Assembly (NCBI GenBank): GCA_963733035.1
Contig: CAVTBU010000005.1
Span: 864,001 to 928,000, forward strand
Length of the DNA stretch: 64,000 nucleotides
Direction: 5' to 3'
DNA from: Pirellulales bacterium
Lineage (GTDB): Bacteria; Planctomycetota; Planctomycetia; Pirellulales; PALSA-1355
A model generated the notes under the pieces. That model was not told the origin of the DNA. It ran no database searches and saw only the letters and a list, made by a program, of their open reading frames with translations. Shown here piece by piece: positions 33,857-44,731 of the stretch. Every line of letters begins with the position of its first letter. The stretch's first letter is position 1. Made by a program: the position numbers and the translations under genes.

Positions 33857-35197
33857 TTATTTTTTCTGTATGCAATACAGACGCTTGGAAGTGCGAATAA
33901 GCAGCTTGTCACCTGCGATAGCCGGCGTGGCCATGCCCATGTCGTCGTCGGCCAGCGGATTGGTGTGCAAGATCTCGAATTCGTTGCCGGCGTCGATGAC
34001 GAACGTCACGGCGTCTTCGTTGAGGCAAAAGATCTTGCCGTCATAGGCCCAGGGCGAGGCCGTGAATGCCTTTCCGTCGGGTATCCGTTTCTTGGAATAG
34101 ACTTCCTCGCCGGTAGCAGCGTCGAAGCAGGCAATGAATCCCTGGTCGTAGAGCACATAGATCTTGTCGCCATAAAGCAGAGTCGTCGGATTGTAGGGCC
34201 CGCCCATCTTGGCACACCAGGCGATGTATTCGTTGCTCGTGGCGTCGTCCTCCAACGAAATATCTCCTGAGGCTCCCGCACGAACTGCGAAGATCGGTTT
34301 CTTCTTATCGAGTACATAACCGGAACTAATGTAAAGAGTGTCGCCGTTCGAATACGGCGTCGCGATCGTGATGCTCGACATTCCGCCCAGTTCCCACAGC
34401 AGCCGACCTTCGAGGTCGTAGGAGCGGACTTTGCCAGTGCCGGGCACGACCAGTTCCGTCCGCTGGCTGTTCCTCCACACATAGGGTGTGGCCCAGTTGC
34501 TCTTTTCGTCACGTTCAACTCGAAAGATCTGTTCGCCTGTCTTGGCGTCAAGCGCGATCAGATAGGATTCCTCGTCATTGTCATTCACGACGTACAGCCG
34601 ACCTTGATAAAGCACCGGGGAAGCCGCGGTGCCCCAACCATAGCGCGTCTTGTGGGATGCGATCTCCTTCGTCCACAGTAACTTGCCCTCCAGGTCGTAG
34701 CAGAACACGCCAACATTGCCGAAGTAAGCGTAAACACGCTCGCCGTCGGTGACCGGCGTTTCCGAGGCATAGCTATTCTTGATGTGAATTGTCGTCGATG
34801 GGACGCCGGTGTGGGCCGTTTTCTCCCACACGACATGCCCGTCATTCAAATCGAGACAAAGCACGTTCCATTGATGCTCGTCCTTCGGAGGTTCTTTCTG
34901 CTCGCCGCCAAAATACAGGCCCTTCTTGGCTTCTTGCTCGTCACCCAGGTTGACGACACTGGTGACGAAGATCTGGTCTCCCCAGACGATCGGACTCGAC
35001 CAGCCGCGCCCCTTGATGTCGGTCTTCCAGGCAACGTTCTCAGTGGCCGTCCACGTGTCCGGCAAGTTGCGGTTGTCCGAAACGCCCAGCGACTGCGCGC
35101 CGCGAAACTGCGGCCAGTTGTCCTGGGCGCGAAGCGAGGCAAGGGACGTTGCCAATACCAGAGATGCCAATACGCACTGCCGAACAGGACTGCCCAT
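33857..35197 (-). CDS. PQQ-binding-like beta-propeller repeat protein
   Basis: Signal peptide then 'DNWPQFRG', 'GRGWSSPIVWGD', 'SETPVTDGERVYAYFG', 'ATPAIAGDKLLIRT..RLYCI'. Confidence 0.9.
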   Translation of the reverse strand: MGSPVRQCVLASLVLATSLASLRAQDNWPQFRGAQSLGVSDNRNLPDTWTATENVAWKTDIKGRGWSSPIVWGDQIFVTSVVNLGDEQEAKKGLYFGGEQKEPPKDEHQWNVLCLDLNDGHVVWEKTAHTGVPSTTIHIKNSYASETPVTDGERVYAYFGNVGVFCYDLEGKLLWTKEIASHKTRYGWGTAASPVLYQGRLYVVNDNDEESYLIALDAKTGEQIFRVERDEKSNWATPYVWRNSQRTELVVPGTGKVRSYDLEGRLLWELGGMSSITIATPYSNGDTLYISSGYVLDKKKPIFAVRAGASGDISLEDDATSNEYIAWCAKMGGPYNPTTLLYGDKIYVLYDQGFIACFDAATGEEVYSKKRIPDGKAFTASPWAYDGKIFCLNEDAVTFVIDAGNEFEILHTNPLADDDMGMATPAIAGDKLLIRTSKRLYCIQKK

Positions 35198-35725
35198 CGC
35201 CACTACCCCCTTCACTCTCGGTGTTGCCAAGGACACGATTTGCGAGTTGCTTTGGAACGATCAACCAGAATGGTCGTGGATGGGAGCAAGTAGCGATCGA
35301 TCCTAAGACACGCCGCAAGGCGGGTCAAGTAATCGCGGGTGAGCCGAAGGAGACGTCTCGATCAGGTCCGCTGGGGACGGGGACACCGCAGAAGCCACGC
35401 GTTGACTCGTGGGAATTGATACGCGTGCTTCTCAGTCTGCTATGAGCGGCGGAAGCACTGCGTTGGGCCCAGCGGATGCAGAAATCGTCCCGGGAATTTG
35501 GTATCCACCCGACAGAAGTCGATCGTCAGCGGACCCGCTTGGGCGGAATGAGTATCGGACCCAGCGAAGCTGAATGGGTTTGGCAACCGCCACAGTCTGG
35601 CTGTCGGTGATGTTTGGTGCAGTCGTGTCGGCGGGGCAGCCTGCTCCGGCGAATTCTGAACCGGGCTATCCGCCGCGGATACACGAAAATAGGGGCCGGC
35701 AAGGGATCTGGGGGGTGCCCACAGT

Positions 35726-35753
35726 TTGACACGGCCCCCCCGGCCAGTAAAAT
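35726..35753 (+). promoter_or_regulatory. sigma70-type promoter of the tatA pair
   Basis: TTGACA-N16-TAAAAT, same spacing as the tRNA promoter at 21901. Confidence 0.65.
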
Positions 35754-35878
35754 TGAAGGTACGGTTGGTTCACCGCATCTGCGTCCGGACGCTGCGCTGA
35801 AACGACACGAAGCTTCCAACCGTCCTTCGGTAAACTCTAGGCTTCGGTCATTCACCCTTTCATATGCAGGGCGCCAAT

Positions 35879-36094
35879 ATGTTCGGAATGGGAACGCCAG
35901 TCCTTGGTTTCCTCGGCGGAATCGGCATGCCGGAATTGCTGATCGTTGGCTTTATCGTGCTCATCTTGTTCGGCAGCCGATTGCCTAGCGTCATGCGATC
36001 GCTGGGCCAGGGGGTTGTTGAGTTCAAGAAGGGCGTGCAAGGCATCGACGAGGAAAAAGAACGTTCGGAAAAGGAAAAGGCCGAGCAGCACTAA
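35879..36094 (+). CDS. tatA: twin-arginine translocase TatA/TatE family subunit
   Basis: 'GIGMPELLIVGFIVLILFGSRLPSVMRSLGQGVVEFKKG'. Confidence 0.92.
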   Translation: MFGMGTPVLGFLGGIGMPELLIVGFIVLILFGSRLPSVMRSLGQGVVEFKKGVQGIDEEKERSEKEKAEQH

Positions 36095-36149
36095 CTCGCC
36101 CTACTTCCACACAAATTCCGGCCGCGACAAATAGAACCACGTTCGAGAG

Positions 36150-36461
36150 GTGAACGCGATGTTTGGGATTGGCCCCCAGGAGATGTTGATCTTGCTGGTG
36201 ATCGGCGTGCTGTTGTTCGGTAAGAACTTGCCGAACGTGGGGCGGCAACTCGGTAAAGGCTTGATGGAGTTCAAGAAGGGACTCAGCGACATTCAGAACG
36301 AAGTCAGTGCCGCCGCCTACATGGAGCCCGCGCAACCCAAGGTGGCACAACGTCCCACGGCCGACGACTACGACGAGCCGACGGCACCGAAGTTTGAACC
36401 GCCCACTACCGAACCGACCGTTGCCGGCCAGCCGCACGAGGATACTTCGGCACCTGCCTAA
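36150..36461 (+). CDS. twin-arginine translocase TatA/TatB family subunit
   Basis: 'MFGIGPQEMLILLVIGVLLFGKNLPNVGRQLGKGLMEFKKG' plus Pro/acidic tail. Confidence 0.9.
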   Translation: MNAMFGIGPQEMLILLVIGVLLFGKNLPNVGRQLGKGLMEFKKGLSDIQNEVSAAAYMEPAQPKVAQRPTADDYDEPTAPKFEPPTTEPTVAGQPHEDTSAPA

Positions 36462-36473
36462 GGCCGCAAGCGC

Positions 36474-37208
36474 ATGAAATCCTCGGTCGACGAGATCCGC
36501 CGGCGCTTCGATGCGGACGTCGAGCGGTTTTCAAATCTTGATACCGGACAATCGGCCACGGTCGACGCACCGCTTGCCATGGCGATTGTGGCGCGGGCAG
36601 CCGCCGCCGTTACGCCGCGGGCCAGACATGTGATCGACATTGGCTGCGGGGCGGGCAACTACACACTCAAACTGCTTGAGCACTTGCCGGATCTCGACGT
36701 GACGTTGGTTGACCTGAGCAAGCCGATGCTTGATCGTGCTCGGCAGCGCGTCGGTCAGAAAACCCGCGGCACGATTACGGCAATGCAAGAGGACATCCGC
36801 GAGCTCGACCTACCGGCCGAAACTTGCGATATCATCCTGGCGGCTGCCGTGCTTCACCACCTGCGAACCGACGCGGAGTGGCACGACGTGTTCGCCGCGT
36901 TCCATCGGGCGCTTCGCCCTGCTGGATCGTTGTGGATCTTCGACCTCGTGGAATGCTCCATACCGGCGGTCGAAGTACTAATGCGCGACGAATACGGCCG
37001 CTATTTGACCAACCTCAAGGACGAAGCGTACCGCGACCATGTATTTGCCTATGTCGCTCGGGAAGATACTCCACGCCCGCTGGTCGAACAACTCGACCTA
37101 TTGCGAAAGGTTGGCTTCTCGCAAGTTGACATTTTGCACAAGAACGTCTGTTTCGCGGCGTTCGGAGGCGTAAAGTCTGAAGCACGTCCCGCGAACCTAC
37201 CAAATTAG
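36474..37208 (+). CDS. class I SAM-dependent methyltransferase
   Basis: 'VIDIGCGAG', 'VTLVDLSKPML', 'AAAVLHHL', 'LRPAGSLWIFD'. Confidence 0.9.
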   Translation: MKSSVDEIRRRFDADVERFSNLDTGQSATVDAPLAMAIVARAAAAVTPRARHVIDIGCGAGNYTLKLLEHLPDLDVTLVDLSKPMLDRARQRVGQKTRGTITAMQEDIRELDLPAETCDIILAAAVLHHLRTDAEWHDVFAAFHRALRPAGSLWIFDLVECSIPAVEVLMRDEYGRYLTNLKDEAYRDHVFAYVAREDTPRPLVEQLDLLRKVGFSQVDILHKNVCFAAFGGVKSEARPANLPN

Positions 37209-37355
37209 CCATTTGAAAGTGACCGAGACTTGGCAGCACACCGGTTGGCTTACCGAGAGCGCGATTGAGCGTGATACTTTACGTGTTGCGACCCCGCGCA
37301 CCCGCCGATAAAATTGGATTTCAGTACGGGTCGCGGCAAAGACGCGTCTCATACC

Positions 37356-37429
<74 letters not shown>

Positions 37430-37643
37430 TTCCCCGGCATGTTGCGTTCGCGAGATTTCGTGGCAACTTCGTCGGGGCTTTTTCATGCGCAGTCACGTGT
37501 CGCAAACGTCGTTGTCACACACCGTGCGAGGTACATCAATTCCCGAACGGAAAATCGTTTGGACGGACCGTTTGTAGCCGAATTCAGCCGAACCTGCGCG
37601 CTCGACGATGGAGCGGTTCCACAAGTGTCCGTAGCAGACCACC

Positions 37644-40600
37644 TCATGTTGCGAGTTCTTGCTCGCCGACTTCCTTGAGGAGGTCGTCGAGCGAGGAGTC
37701 GAGTTCGGAGTCGAACTCAAGTGCGGACACAAAAAGGTAATCTAGCAGGTGGCGACTTTGCGGTGGCTCGGCAGTCCCTTGGTGGGTGAGCGGACTGGCA
37801 ATCGGACTCGTAACCTGCGCGCTAAAGATTGAGTGGACCGTTTCGTGCTGCCTTTGAATAGTCAGAGCGGCCGCCACGGCTGAATCGCTACCATCGCTGG
37901 TGGCCACCGAAGGTGCCGCATCGGGAGCCGACGGTGGAACCCAGTCAATCACCCTGGTCAAAAAGCCGCCGTTGGTGCGGGCGACAATCTGGTCTGCCGC
38001 GTTCACAAAATGGTCCTTGTTGAAGTCGGCGATATTGGTGATCGGCAACAAGAACCCGGTATTGGTTCGAGCGTAAATCTCGTCACCGGCATTAGTCGTG
38101 ACCAGCGTTGACGGCGAGCCTAGGAACGTGTCGCCGATACGGTTGCCATAGAAGAACACGTCGCTGGAGGCCAATCCTGTATTGGCGTCGCTGCCGCCGA
38201 GCGCATCGTTACCTTTCACAATCACTTGCAACCACTCATTCTGAATGGCATTGTCGGCCCAAATGATTTCGACGCGGTCTGAACCACCGTCACCCGCACC
38301 CGGCCGTACCGAGAAGCCGGTCGGAGCCGGAGCTGTCGCCCAGCTGTTGGGCACATTGTTGGTGCCAATCTTAAATGCGAAATCAGCAGTTGTCAGCGTG
38401 CCATGCGTACCGGCAATGTCCACCATGAGACCATTGATTCCTCGGCTGTAGCTGGTGAAGGCGCTTATTGGCGCCGTGCCGACACCATTGAAGGCCGCCT
38501 TGTCGGGGGCGATTGCTCCGTCGTCCGACGCACTGATCCCCGCTGTGTTGCCGTCGTAGTACGAGTTGTTGTAGAAAACGTTGCGGGCGGCGATCGACGA
38601 TCCGGAGCCAATCGAGATCGTGGCTGTTGCAAGATTACTCGTGGCCAATCCATCGCTGGCCGAGATGTCCACGGTCACGGTTCCTGATCCGGGACCACCG
38701 GCGGTGTTGTTGTAGGTGATTGAACGAAGTACGGCCTGGTAGTTGGCCAGTGAATCGGTGCCGCTGAGTGTGAGGGTATTGCCAACAAAACTCGGCGTGA
38801 TGTTTCCAATCGCGGAAGCCGCCAGCACGTTGTTGGGATCGGTACCGGAGACAATCACGGCCGTCATGCTGGTGAGCGTCGTGTCATCTGGGTCGGTAAC
38901 GGTAGCACCTGCGACGTCGGTGATGTGAATTGCACCCGCGTTCGTCCAGATCGAATTGAAGTTGTCGCCTGCGGCGCCGCTCAGATCGACGTGCGGAGCC
39001 TGATTGTTGATCTTGATCGAGCGGGAAGCGATTGCGCTGATATTGCCATCGTCGGCGGTAAACAACAGCACCCGGTTCGTGGCCGACACGTTGGAATTGC
39101 TATACGTGATGGACTGGAGAGCCGCTTGATAGTTTGCAGCGCTATCAATGCCGCTGAGGGTCAAGATGCCAGTTAACATATCGAAACTGCCGGTGATGTT
39201 TGGCGTGTCAATGAAGGTCAGTTGATCCTCGCCGTTGACATATCCGGCGATCTGCACGGTTGCGCCCACAAGAAAACTACTGTCGGTGTCCGTGATGGCG
39301 ACGCCAGGATCGGCGACCACTGGACTTGTCGGAGAGTAGACGAGGGGCGACGCGGTCGTGGTGACCGTTGGCGGGGCGTTGCTGGCGAAGTTCGTTGAAC
39401 CGATGTGGTTGAGAGGTTTATGGGCGAATGATTCGGGGGCGGTGTTGCTGGCCCCGCCGAGTTTCAGCGTTGGCAATGTGCCGCCAAGATTGTCGCTGGC
39501 CACCCAATCAGACGCTTGCCAGCCGAGCGTGTCCCCAGTGCGACCAATGTAGGCGGCAGTGAATGGAGCGACGACCGGCTGCGAATCGGGAGTGAACACA
39601 TTAGTGATTCCATTGGCGTCGGAGAAGTTGAGATAGCCGTAGCCAATATCTCCAGGAGTGCCGGCTCCACTGGTAAGCGCGCCCACGGCGTCGAAGACGG
39701 TAAATCCGCTGAACTCAGTGCCGTGTAGTGTGCCCGTGCCGCCAGCATCCAGAACGTCGCCGGGATAGACTGGATTCGAAATCGTGTTGGTTTGGATCAA
39801 CATGTAGCTGGACGACGGCTTGATCAGATTAATGTCTGTGCTTCGCACGATCGCGCTATGTCCAACGATACTGCTGCCACCAAATCCGTAGTTGTTTCCG
39901 TAGCCGGCTCCCGTTCCGAGTCCTGTATTGTCGAGCACCGCCGCGTTGGGGTCGATCAGCCCAGCAGCAACGTATGGATTATCCTTTTGCAAGATCACCA
40001 ACATGCCGTTCGACCCAGTGGTATCGCCGGAAAGGTCAAATGTCTCGAACACGGTGCCGACCGGGTAGACCGTTGTACCAAAGGAGTCTGTGATACTGAC
40101 TGGCGTACTATTGAGTGAAATCAAGTAGGTTCCGTTCGGAATCGTGTAGTTCGGCGCGAGCGATCGCAACTCGATGTAGTCGTTCGGATTGTCCGGACTT
40201 CCAGGCGGATTGAAGAACAACTCGTTGATCAAGAGTGGCGATGGCGCCACCACGTTGAGATTGATCGGGGTGACCGTGCTTTGCGGACCGGGGCCGCCGG
40301 TGTTACCCAAATCGTTGGTCGTGATCTGAATCGCCGCGGAGCCGGTGTAGCCGTTCGTCGGGGTAAAGGTTAAGCCATCGAGTGCGGCGTTCAGGTCGAC
40401 AAGGCTGCCCGTGTACGTCAGTAAGGCGGTGCCATCGCCGCTGCCAGACAGACCGGCGAGGCTACTCAAGGTGAGCGTGCCGTGGGTGGCCGTCAACGTG
40501 ATCTGCTCACTGGCCCCGTTGGCATCGACATCCGAGACGGAAACCGCATTCAACTCGGCGTTGGAAAACACGTAGGGTACGTTCTCGACCGCGCGGATCG

Positions 40601-43286
40601 TCCGATTCGGTACTTGATTGACGGGAGGATCATTGACGGGGGTGACGTTGATCGTGAAGGTTTGCGCGAGCGATGTATCGATGCCACCGTTTGCAGTCCC
40701 ACCGTCATCGTGCAACTGGACCGTCACTGTGGTCGAACCATTGGCATCGGCCGCCGGAGTAAAGGACAGGGTTCCCGCGGACGTGATGGTCGGCTGCACT
40801 GAAAACAACGCGTTGTTGTCGTTGCTGACAATGAAGTCGAGCATTTGGCCCGACTCGTTTGCCGGACCGGCCAAGATTGAGGTCGCCCAATTGGCGAAGC
40901 TTTGGGCCCCGGAGTCCTCGGCAACCGACTCGTTCGCGCCCTTGGCAAATGACGGTGCGTCGTTGACAGGCGTAATATTGACGGCGATCGTAGCGGTATC
41001 GGTCTTCGTTCCACCGGTACCGTTGTGGCCCAGATCACTTACCACGAGTTGAATGCTACCTGCGCCGTTGCCGTTCAAGTTGGCGCTGGGCGTGAAGGTG
41101 AGACCATTGAGCGCGGCGTTCAGACTGGCAACGGTCCCCGTATAGGTCATGCTGGTGGTGCCGTTGCCGCTGCCGGTCAGTCCGCTCAGCGTGCTCAGGC
41201 TTGCCGTGCCACCGGTAAGGGTGAGCGTGATTTGCTCATTGTCGCCGGACAAGGCATCGGAATCTGTGAACGAGACTTGATTTCCGTTGCCACTGGATAG
41301 AACCAGGGGCGTGTCTTCCAACATGGTTTGTGCGGCGAGTGATGCCGAAATGAACGGAGGATGGTTCTCGCCGACCGCGTAAAAGTTAAAGGTGATTGTT
41401 TGGGAGGCCGAGGTATCGACGCCGCCATTGGCCGTACCGCCATTGTCATGCAGTGCGATGGTGACAACCGCCGTGCCGGATACTCCCGAGGGCGTATAGG
41501 TCAGCGTTCCCGTTGGACTGATCGCCGGTGCCGCGGAAAAGATCGCGGGATTCGTATTTCCCGTCACCACAAAGTTCACGGCCTGTCCGGACTCGTTCGA
41601 GGGTCCTGGAGATATGGCAGTCGCCCAGTTGGGAATCGATTGGGCACCCGCGGTCGGTACGACGGCCTGGTCAGAGCCGCGCGTGAACGAGGGGGCGTCG
41701 TTGACTGGCGTTATCGCCAGGGTGGCGAAGTTGGTAGCCGTGCTGAACGCTGAATACGATCCGTTGAACGTGGTGTCCTCGGTCCCACCGGCGTCGCCCG
41801 TCGATCGGTCCCAAGCCCGGAACGTAATGCCGGGCGTAATCGTGCCGTTGACGTTCGCATTGGGCAAGAAGCGAACGCGTGTAGAGCTATCGGAAGGCAG
41901 CAGCCGAGCGCTGGTGCTCGACGGTGCACCGAAATTCAGCCAGGAACTGCCATTGTCGAGGCTATATTGCCAAGTGCCGTTGCTATTGTTGACCGCGGTG
42001 ACCGCAATGCCCTGCGCGAGTTGGCCTGGGTCGTTGATCTTGCTGCCGCCGAGCCGATCGACAATGTCCGATACCAGCGTGCCGGGATTCGAACCACTGG
42101 AAACGTCCTCTAGAATTCCATCGAGCGCCGGATGGACGCTGGTGTCCAGAACGGGCGCCGTATTGGGCGCGAAGGCGACCGTGCGGAACGCTTCCTGGTA
42201 TCCGGCCGTCGCGATCGTTGTCACGCTGCCCGTGGGTGCGGCATTGTACCCGCTGTCATCAGTGTATGCATATAGCGAACCTCCACCCGTGCCCGAGGTG
42301 CCGCCGGTCACTCCAAACAGCACGGCCTTGCCCGTCGTGGGATCGCCGTAGCCGGTCAGGCCACGAATTGCGGTGGCCGCAACGGCCCCGTTACTGACCC
42401 AGTTCCCTGCCACGAGCGACCATTTCTGGATTTCGCCCAGCGTGTCGTCGGTTACATAAAGCGTATCGGGTGCTGAGCCGGGGCCATTGAGGTGCATGAA
42501 AACGAACTGTTCGGTATTGCTCGAGAGAGGGAGACCGGGCAGATTCGTGACGGTTTGCGGGCCGCCGGTGGGTAGTCCCGTTCCGACCGTCCCGACCGTA
42601 CCGCTGCCCTTGTTCGAAACATACAATTGCCCGTCAAAGATCGATAGTTGTTGATAGCTCGTCGTGTCCGTCGTACCGGTAACGCCGACTCCATCGCTGG
42701 CGCCCAACGGCACGTACACAATCCCGCCTTTGCCGCCGGAGAACCAAAAACCGGTGCCGTCGACGCTTACGGCACTGCGAGCGTTGTCGTATTTGCCGCT
42801 AGGGAAGGTCGATATTTCGGTGGTGGTGTCGACGTTGCCGGCGATGTCCACTCGGCCAACCGTCCGCGGCCCGGTTGTCTTGGTGATCGAGGTATCGGCT
42901 CCTGGTGGATAGTCAACGTTGAATCCCTGCGTAATCAGGTATTGTCCGTCGGCCGAGCGCGAAATGCCGCCGTCAGTGGTGGCCACGCCGCTGTCGATCA
43001 GGGCATGATTTGTGCCGTCATCCATCGTGGGCATCGCGATCGACTGCACGAGTGTGCCGGAAGGAGTGTACTCGTCGAGAAAAATGGGGTCGCCCGTGTT
43101 GACCAGTGCCGAACTACCATCGCCAACGCGCAACACAACCAAGTCGCCCCCTTGAAAAACGGCCATCAGGGCCCGCTCTTCCAAAGGCTCCAGCGCCGCA
43201 TGAACGCGCCGACCTAGTGGGTTGCCAATCGAGCGGATCTTCTTACCACGTGTTCTCTTGGAGCGGGCGGACGAGAAGCTGAACAT
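37644..43286 (-). CDS. Giant secreted surface/adhesin-like protein with cadherin-like repeats and dockerin-like C-terminus
   Basis: 1880 aa, T/G/N/S-rich; planctomycete extracellular signal 'LEPLEERALMA'; VNDAP/VNDPP repeats; lamin-tail-like 'LLINELFFNPPG...DYIELR'; 'DFNKDHFVNAADQ'. Confidence 0.85.
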   Translation of the reverse strand: MFSFSSARSKRTRGKKIRSIGNPLGRRVHAALEPLEERALMAVFQGGDLVVLRVGDGSSALVNTGDPIFLDEYTPSGTLVQSIAMPTMDDGTNHALIDSGVATTDGGISRSADGQYLITQGFNVDYPPGADTSITKTTGPRTVGRVDIAGNVDTTTEISTFPSGKYDNARSAVSVDGTGFWFSGGKGGIVYVPLGASDGVGVTGTTDTTSYQQLSIFDGQLYVSNKGSGTVGTVGTGLPTGGPQTVTNLPGLPLSSNTEQFVFMHLNGPGSAPDTLYVTDDTLGEIQKWSLVAGNWVSNGAVAATAIRGLTGYGDPTTGKAVLFGVTGGTSGTGGGSLYAYTDDSGYNAAPTGSVTTIATAGYQEAFRTVAFAPNTAPVLDTSVHPALDGILEDVSSGSNPGTLVSDIVDRLGGSKINDPGQLAQGIAVTAVNNSNGTWQYSLDNGSSWLNFGAPSSTSARLLPSDSSTRVRFLPNANVNGTITPGITFRAWDRSTGDAGGTEDTTFNGSYSAFSTATNFATLAITPVNDAPSFTRGSDQAVVPTAGAQSIPNWATAISPGPSNESGQAVNFVVTGNTNPAIFSAAPAISPTGTLTYTPSGVSGTAVVTIALHDNGGTANGGVDTSASQTITFNFYAVGENHPPFISASLAAQTMLEDTPLVLSSGNGNQVSFTDSDALSGDNEQITLTLTGGTASLSTLSGLTGSGNGTTSMTYTGTVASLNAALNGLTFTPSANLNGNGAGSIQLVVSDLGHNGTGGTKTDTATIAVNITPVNDAPSFAKGANESVAEDSGAQSFANWATSILAGPANESGQMLDFIVSNDNNALFSVQPTITSAGTLSFTPAADANGSTTVTVQLHDDGGTANGGIDTSLAQTFTINVTPVNDPPVNQVPNRTIRAVENVPYVFSNAELNAVSVSDVDANGASEQITLTATHGTLTLSSLAGLSGSGDGTALLTYTGSLVDLNAALDGLTFTPTNGYTGSAAIQITTNDLGNTGGPGPQSTVTPINLNVVAPSPLLINELFFNPPGSPDNPNDYIELRSLAPNYTIPNGTYLISLNSTPVSITDSFGTTVYPVGTVFETFDLSGDTTGSNGMLVILQKDNPYVAAGLIDPNAAVLDNTGLGTGAGYGNNYGFGGSSIVGHSAIVRSTDINLIKPSSSYMLIQTNTISNPVYPGDVLDAGGTGTLHGTEFSGFTVFDAVGALTSGAGTPGDIGYGYLNFSDANGITNVFTPDSQPVVAPFTAAYIGRTGDTLGWQASDWVASDNLGGTLPTLKLGGASNTAPESFAHKPLNHIGSTNFASNAPPTVTTTASPLVYSPTSPVVADPGVAITDTDSSFLVGATVQIAGYVNGEDQLTFIDTPNITGSFDMLTGILTLSGIDSAANYQAALQSITYSNSNVSATNRVLLFTADDGNISAIASRSIKINNQAPHVDLSGAAGDNFNSIWTNAGAIHITDVAGATVTDPDDTTLTSMTAVIVSGTDPNNVLAASAIGNITPSFVGNTLTLSGTDSLANYQAVLRSITYNNTAGGPGSGTVTVDISASDGLATSNLATATISIGSGSSIAARNVFYNNSYYDGNTAGISASDDGAIAPDKAAFNGVGTAPISAFTSYSRGINGLMVDIAGTHGTLTTADFAFKIGTNNVPNSWATAPAPTGFSVRPGAGDGGSDRVEIIWADNAIQNEWLQVIVKGNDALGGSDANTGLASSDVFFYGNRIGDTFLGSPSTLVTTNAGDEIYARTNTGFLLPITNIADFNKDHFVNAADQIVARTNGGFLTRVIDWVPPSAPDAAPSVATSDGSDSAVAAALTIQRQHETVHSIFSAQVTSPIASPLTHQGTAEPPQSRHLLDYLFVSALEFDSELDSSLDDLLKEVGEQELAT

Positions 43287-43467
43287 TGATGACGACTCCT
43301 ATGGACCTGGTCGAGTGTGTTTTTGGTTCAAGGCCGTTACGGCCGTCTGCGCGGGCCTGTTGAGCCCGCCGTTTATGACTTTTGTTCCGAATGACTCTGG
43401 TTGCGTAGCGAAACTCTCCAGCTGACAAAGACTGAGTTTGAAACGGACCGTATCCGAGACCACGGCT

Positions 43468-44577
43468 TCAAAACCCCTCCGCGGGAACCGGTTCGTCACC
43501 GTCCCGCGAGGCCAGTGCCATCAAGAGGGGAAGCTCCATCGTTTCCTCCAGGAAGTGCACCGAGCCGTCGCACATTAGCGCGTGAGCACCACCGGGGTGA
43601 TCGGAGAAAATCTCGTCGTAGTGCCAAGCAGTGGGTTCGTTCGGCGAAGACGGCGGTTCGGGCAAGTTGATTTGGTACTTGATCGCGCAGGTGTTCGATC
43701 CGTTGGGACTGGCATAGCCACCCGCCCATGCGCCCCGAGCCACCAGGTCGCGTTGGTTCCAACCACGACCCGTCAGCTCGGCAACCACCATGGTGTATGA
43801 AAGTCCATCGGTGATTCTTCTGGGGCTGACCGTTTTCGCGACGTGAATGCCTGGGTCATTTTTCTGCGCGGTGATATTCAAAAGGACGCCATGGCCCTTG
43901 CCGTACGTTTGAAACGCGTTGCCGCTGGCGGTCAGGCGGTAACGATTCAAGATATTGTCGTTCGGGCCGTCGATTCCGCAGTAGTCGGTGCACGCCATCC
44001 CTTCGCCTAGGTCCCAGTGGTTGTTTTTGATGAAATCGCCCAAGTGTCCATCATCAAGACGGTATGGCGCCAAACGCCCCGTGCTTGGACAAAGGAAAAT
44101 CGGAACAATCTGGTTCGTCGGACCGGTTCCATCCGGTTGATTGTTAGGCGGCGCCGTCGGCTGCTGAAGAAAGACCAACTGCGAAGCGAGATTGGACTCC
44201 TCCATGTAGTCCAGAATTAAGGCACACCAGTTCCACGCATCGCACCGATAGCACTTCTGCTCGACGCCGGGTGGAAACGTTCCTTTGACCAGCACATAGC
44301 CGTTCAGCGCGAGGCCAATTTCCTTCAGGTTATTGGCGCATGATGTGCGGCGCGAGCTTTCGCGGGCAGCCTGAACGGCCGGCAATAGCAGCGCCACCAA
44401 CAGGCCAATAATCGCGATCACGACCAAGAGTTCCACCAGGGTAAAACCGTCGCGGCGAGAAATGAGAACGTCCTCTCGCCGAGGGCCAACAAACCTGGCG
44501 TTTGTTCGCGACAAAAGCCCGCGGTATCTACGCACCGCGATCGACTCGGCCGAGCGAACCATGGTTAAAGTGAGCAT
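43468..44577 (-). CDS. DUF1559 prepilin-type N-terminal methylation domain protein
   Basis: 'GFTLVELLVVIAIIGLLVALLLPAVQAARE..RR..C.NNLK.IGLAL', 'ITDGLSYT...AE', 'SDHPGGAHALMCDGSVHF'; exact start uncertain. Confidence 0.95.
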   Translation of the reverse strand: MLTLTMVRSAESIAVRRYRGLLSRTNARFVGPRREDVLISRRDGFTLVELLVVIAIIGLLVALLLPAVQAARESSRRTSCANNLKEIGLALNGYVLVKGTFPPGVEQKCYRCDAWNWCALILDYMEESNLASQLVFLQQPTAPPNNQPDGTGPTNQIVPIFLCPSTGRLAPYRLDDGHLGDFIKNNHWDLGEGMACTDYCGIDGPNDNILNRYRLTASGNAFQTYGKGHGVLLNITAQKNDPGIHVAKTVSPRRITDGLSYTMVVAELTGRGWNQRDLVARGAWAGGYASPNGSNTCAIKYQINLPEPPSSPNEPTAWHYDEIFSDHPGGAHALMCDGSVHFLEETMELPLLMALASRDGDEPVPAEGF

Positions 44578-44731
44578 TCGTGTACGTCCAGAAGGAACAG
44601 AACCATGCCTTGCCAGTCCGTCAGCAGGTCGGACGTGCCTTATTGCCTACGTACACGCCTCAAAACAAAATCACGCGTTGAGGGCCAGTCGCCAGTGCAA
44701 AGGGCGTAGGGCAATTTCTATAGCACGCCCA

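Noticed and set aside
35391..35431. Inverted repeat GAAGCCACGCGT...ACGCGTGCTTC in a long spacer
   Set aside because: Single imperfect hairpin with no U tail, second copy or recognisable RNA family
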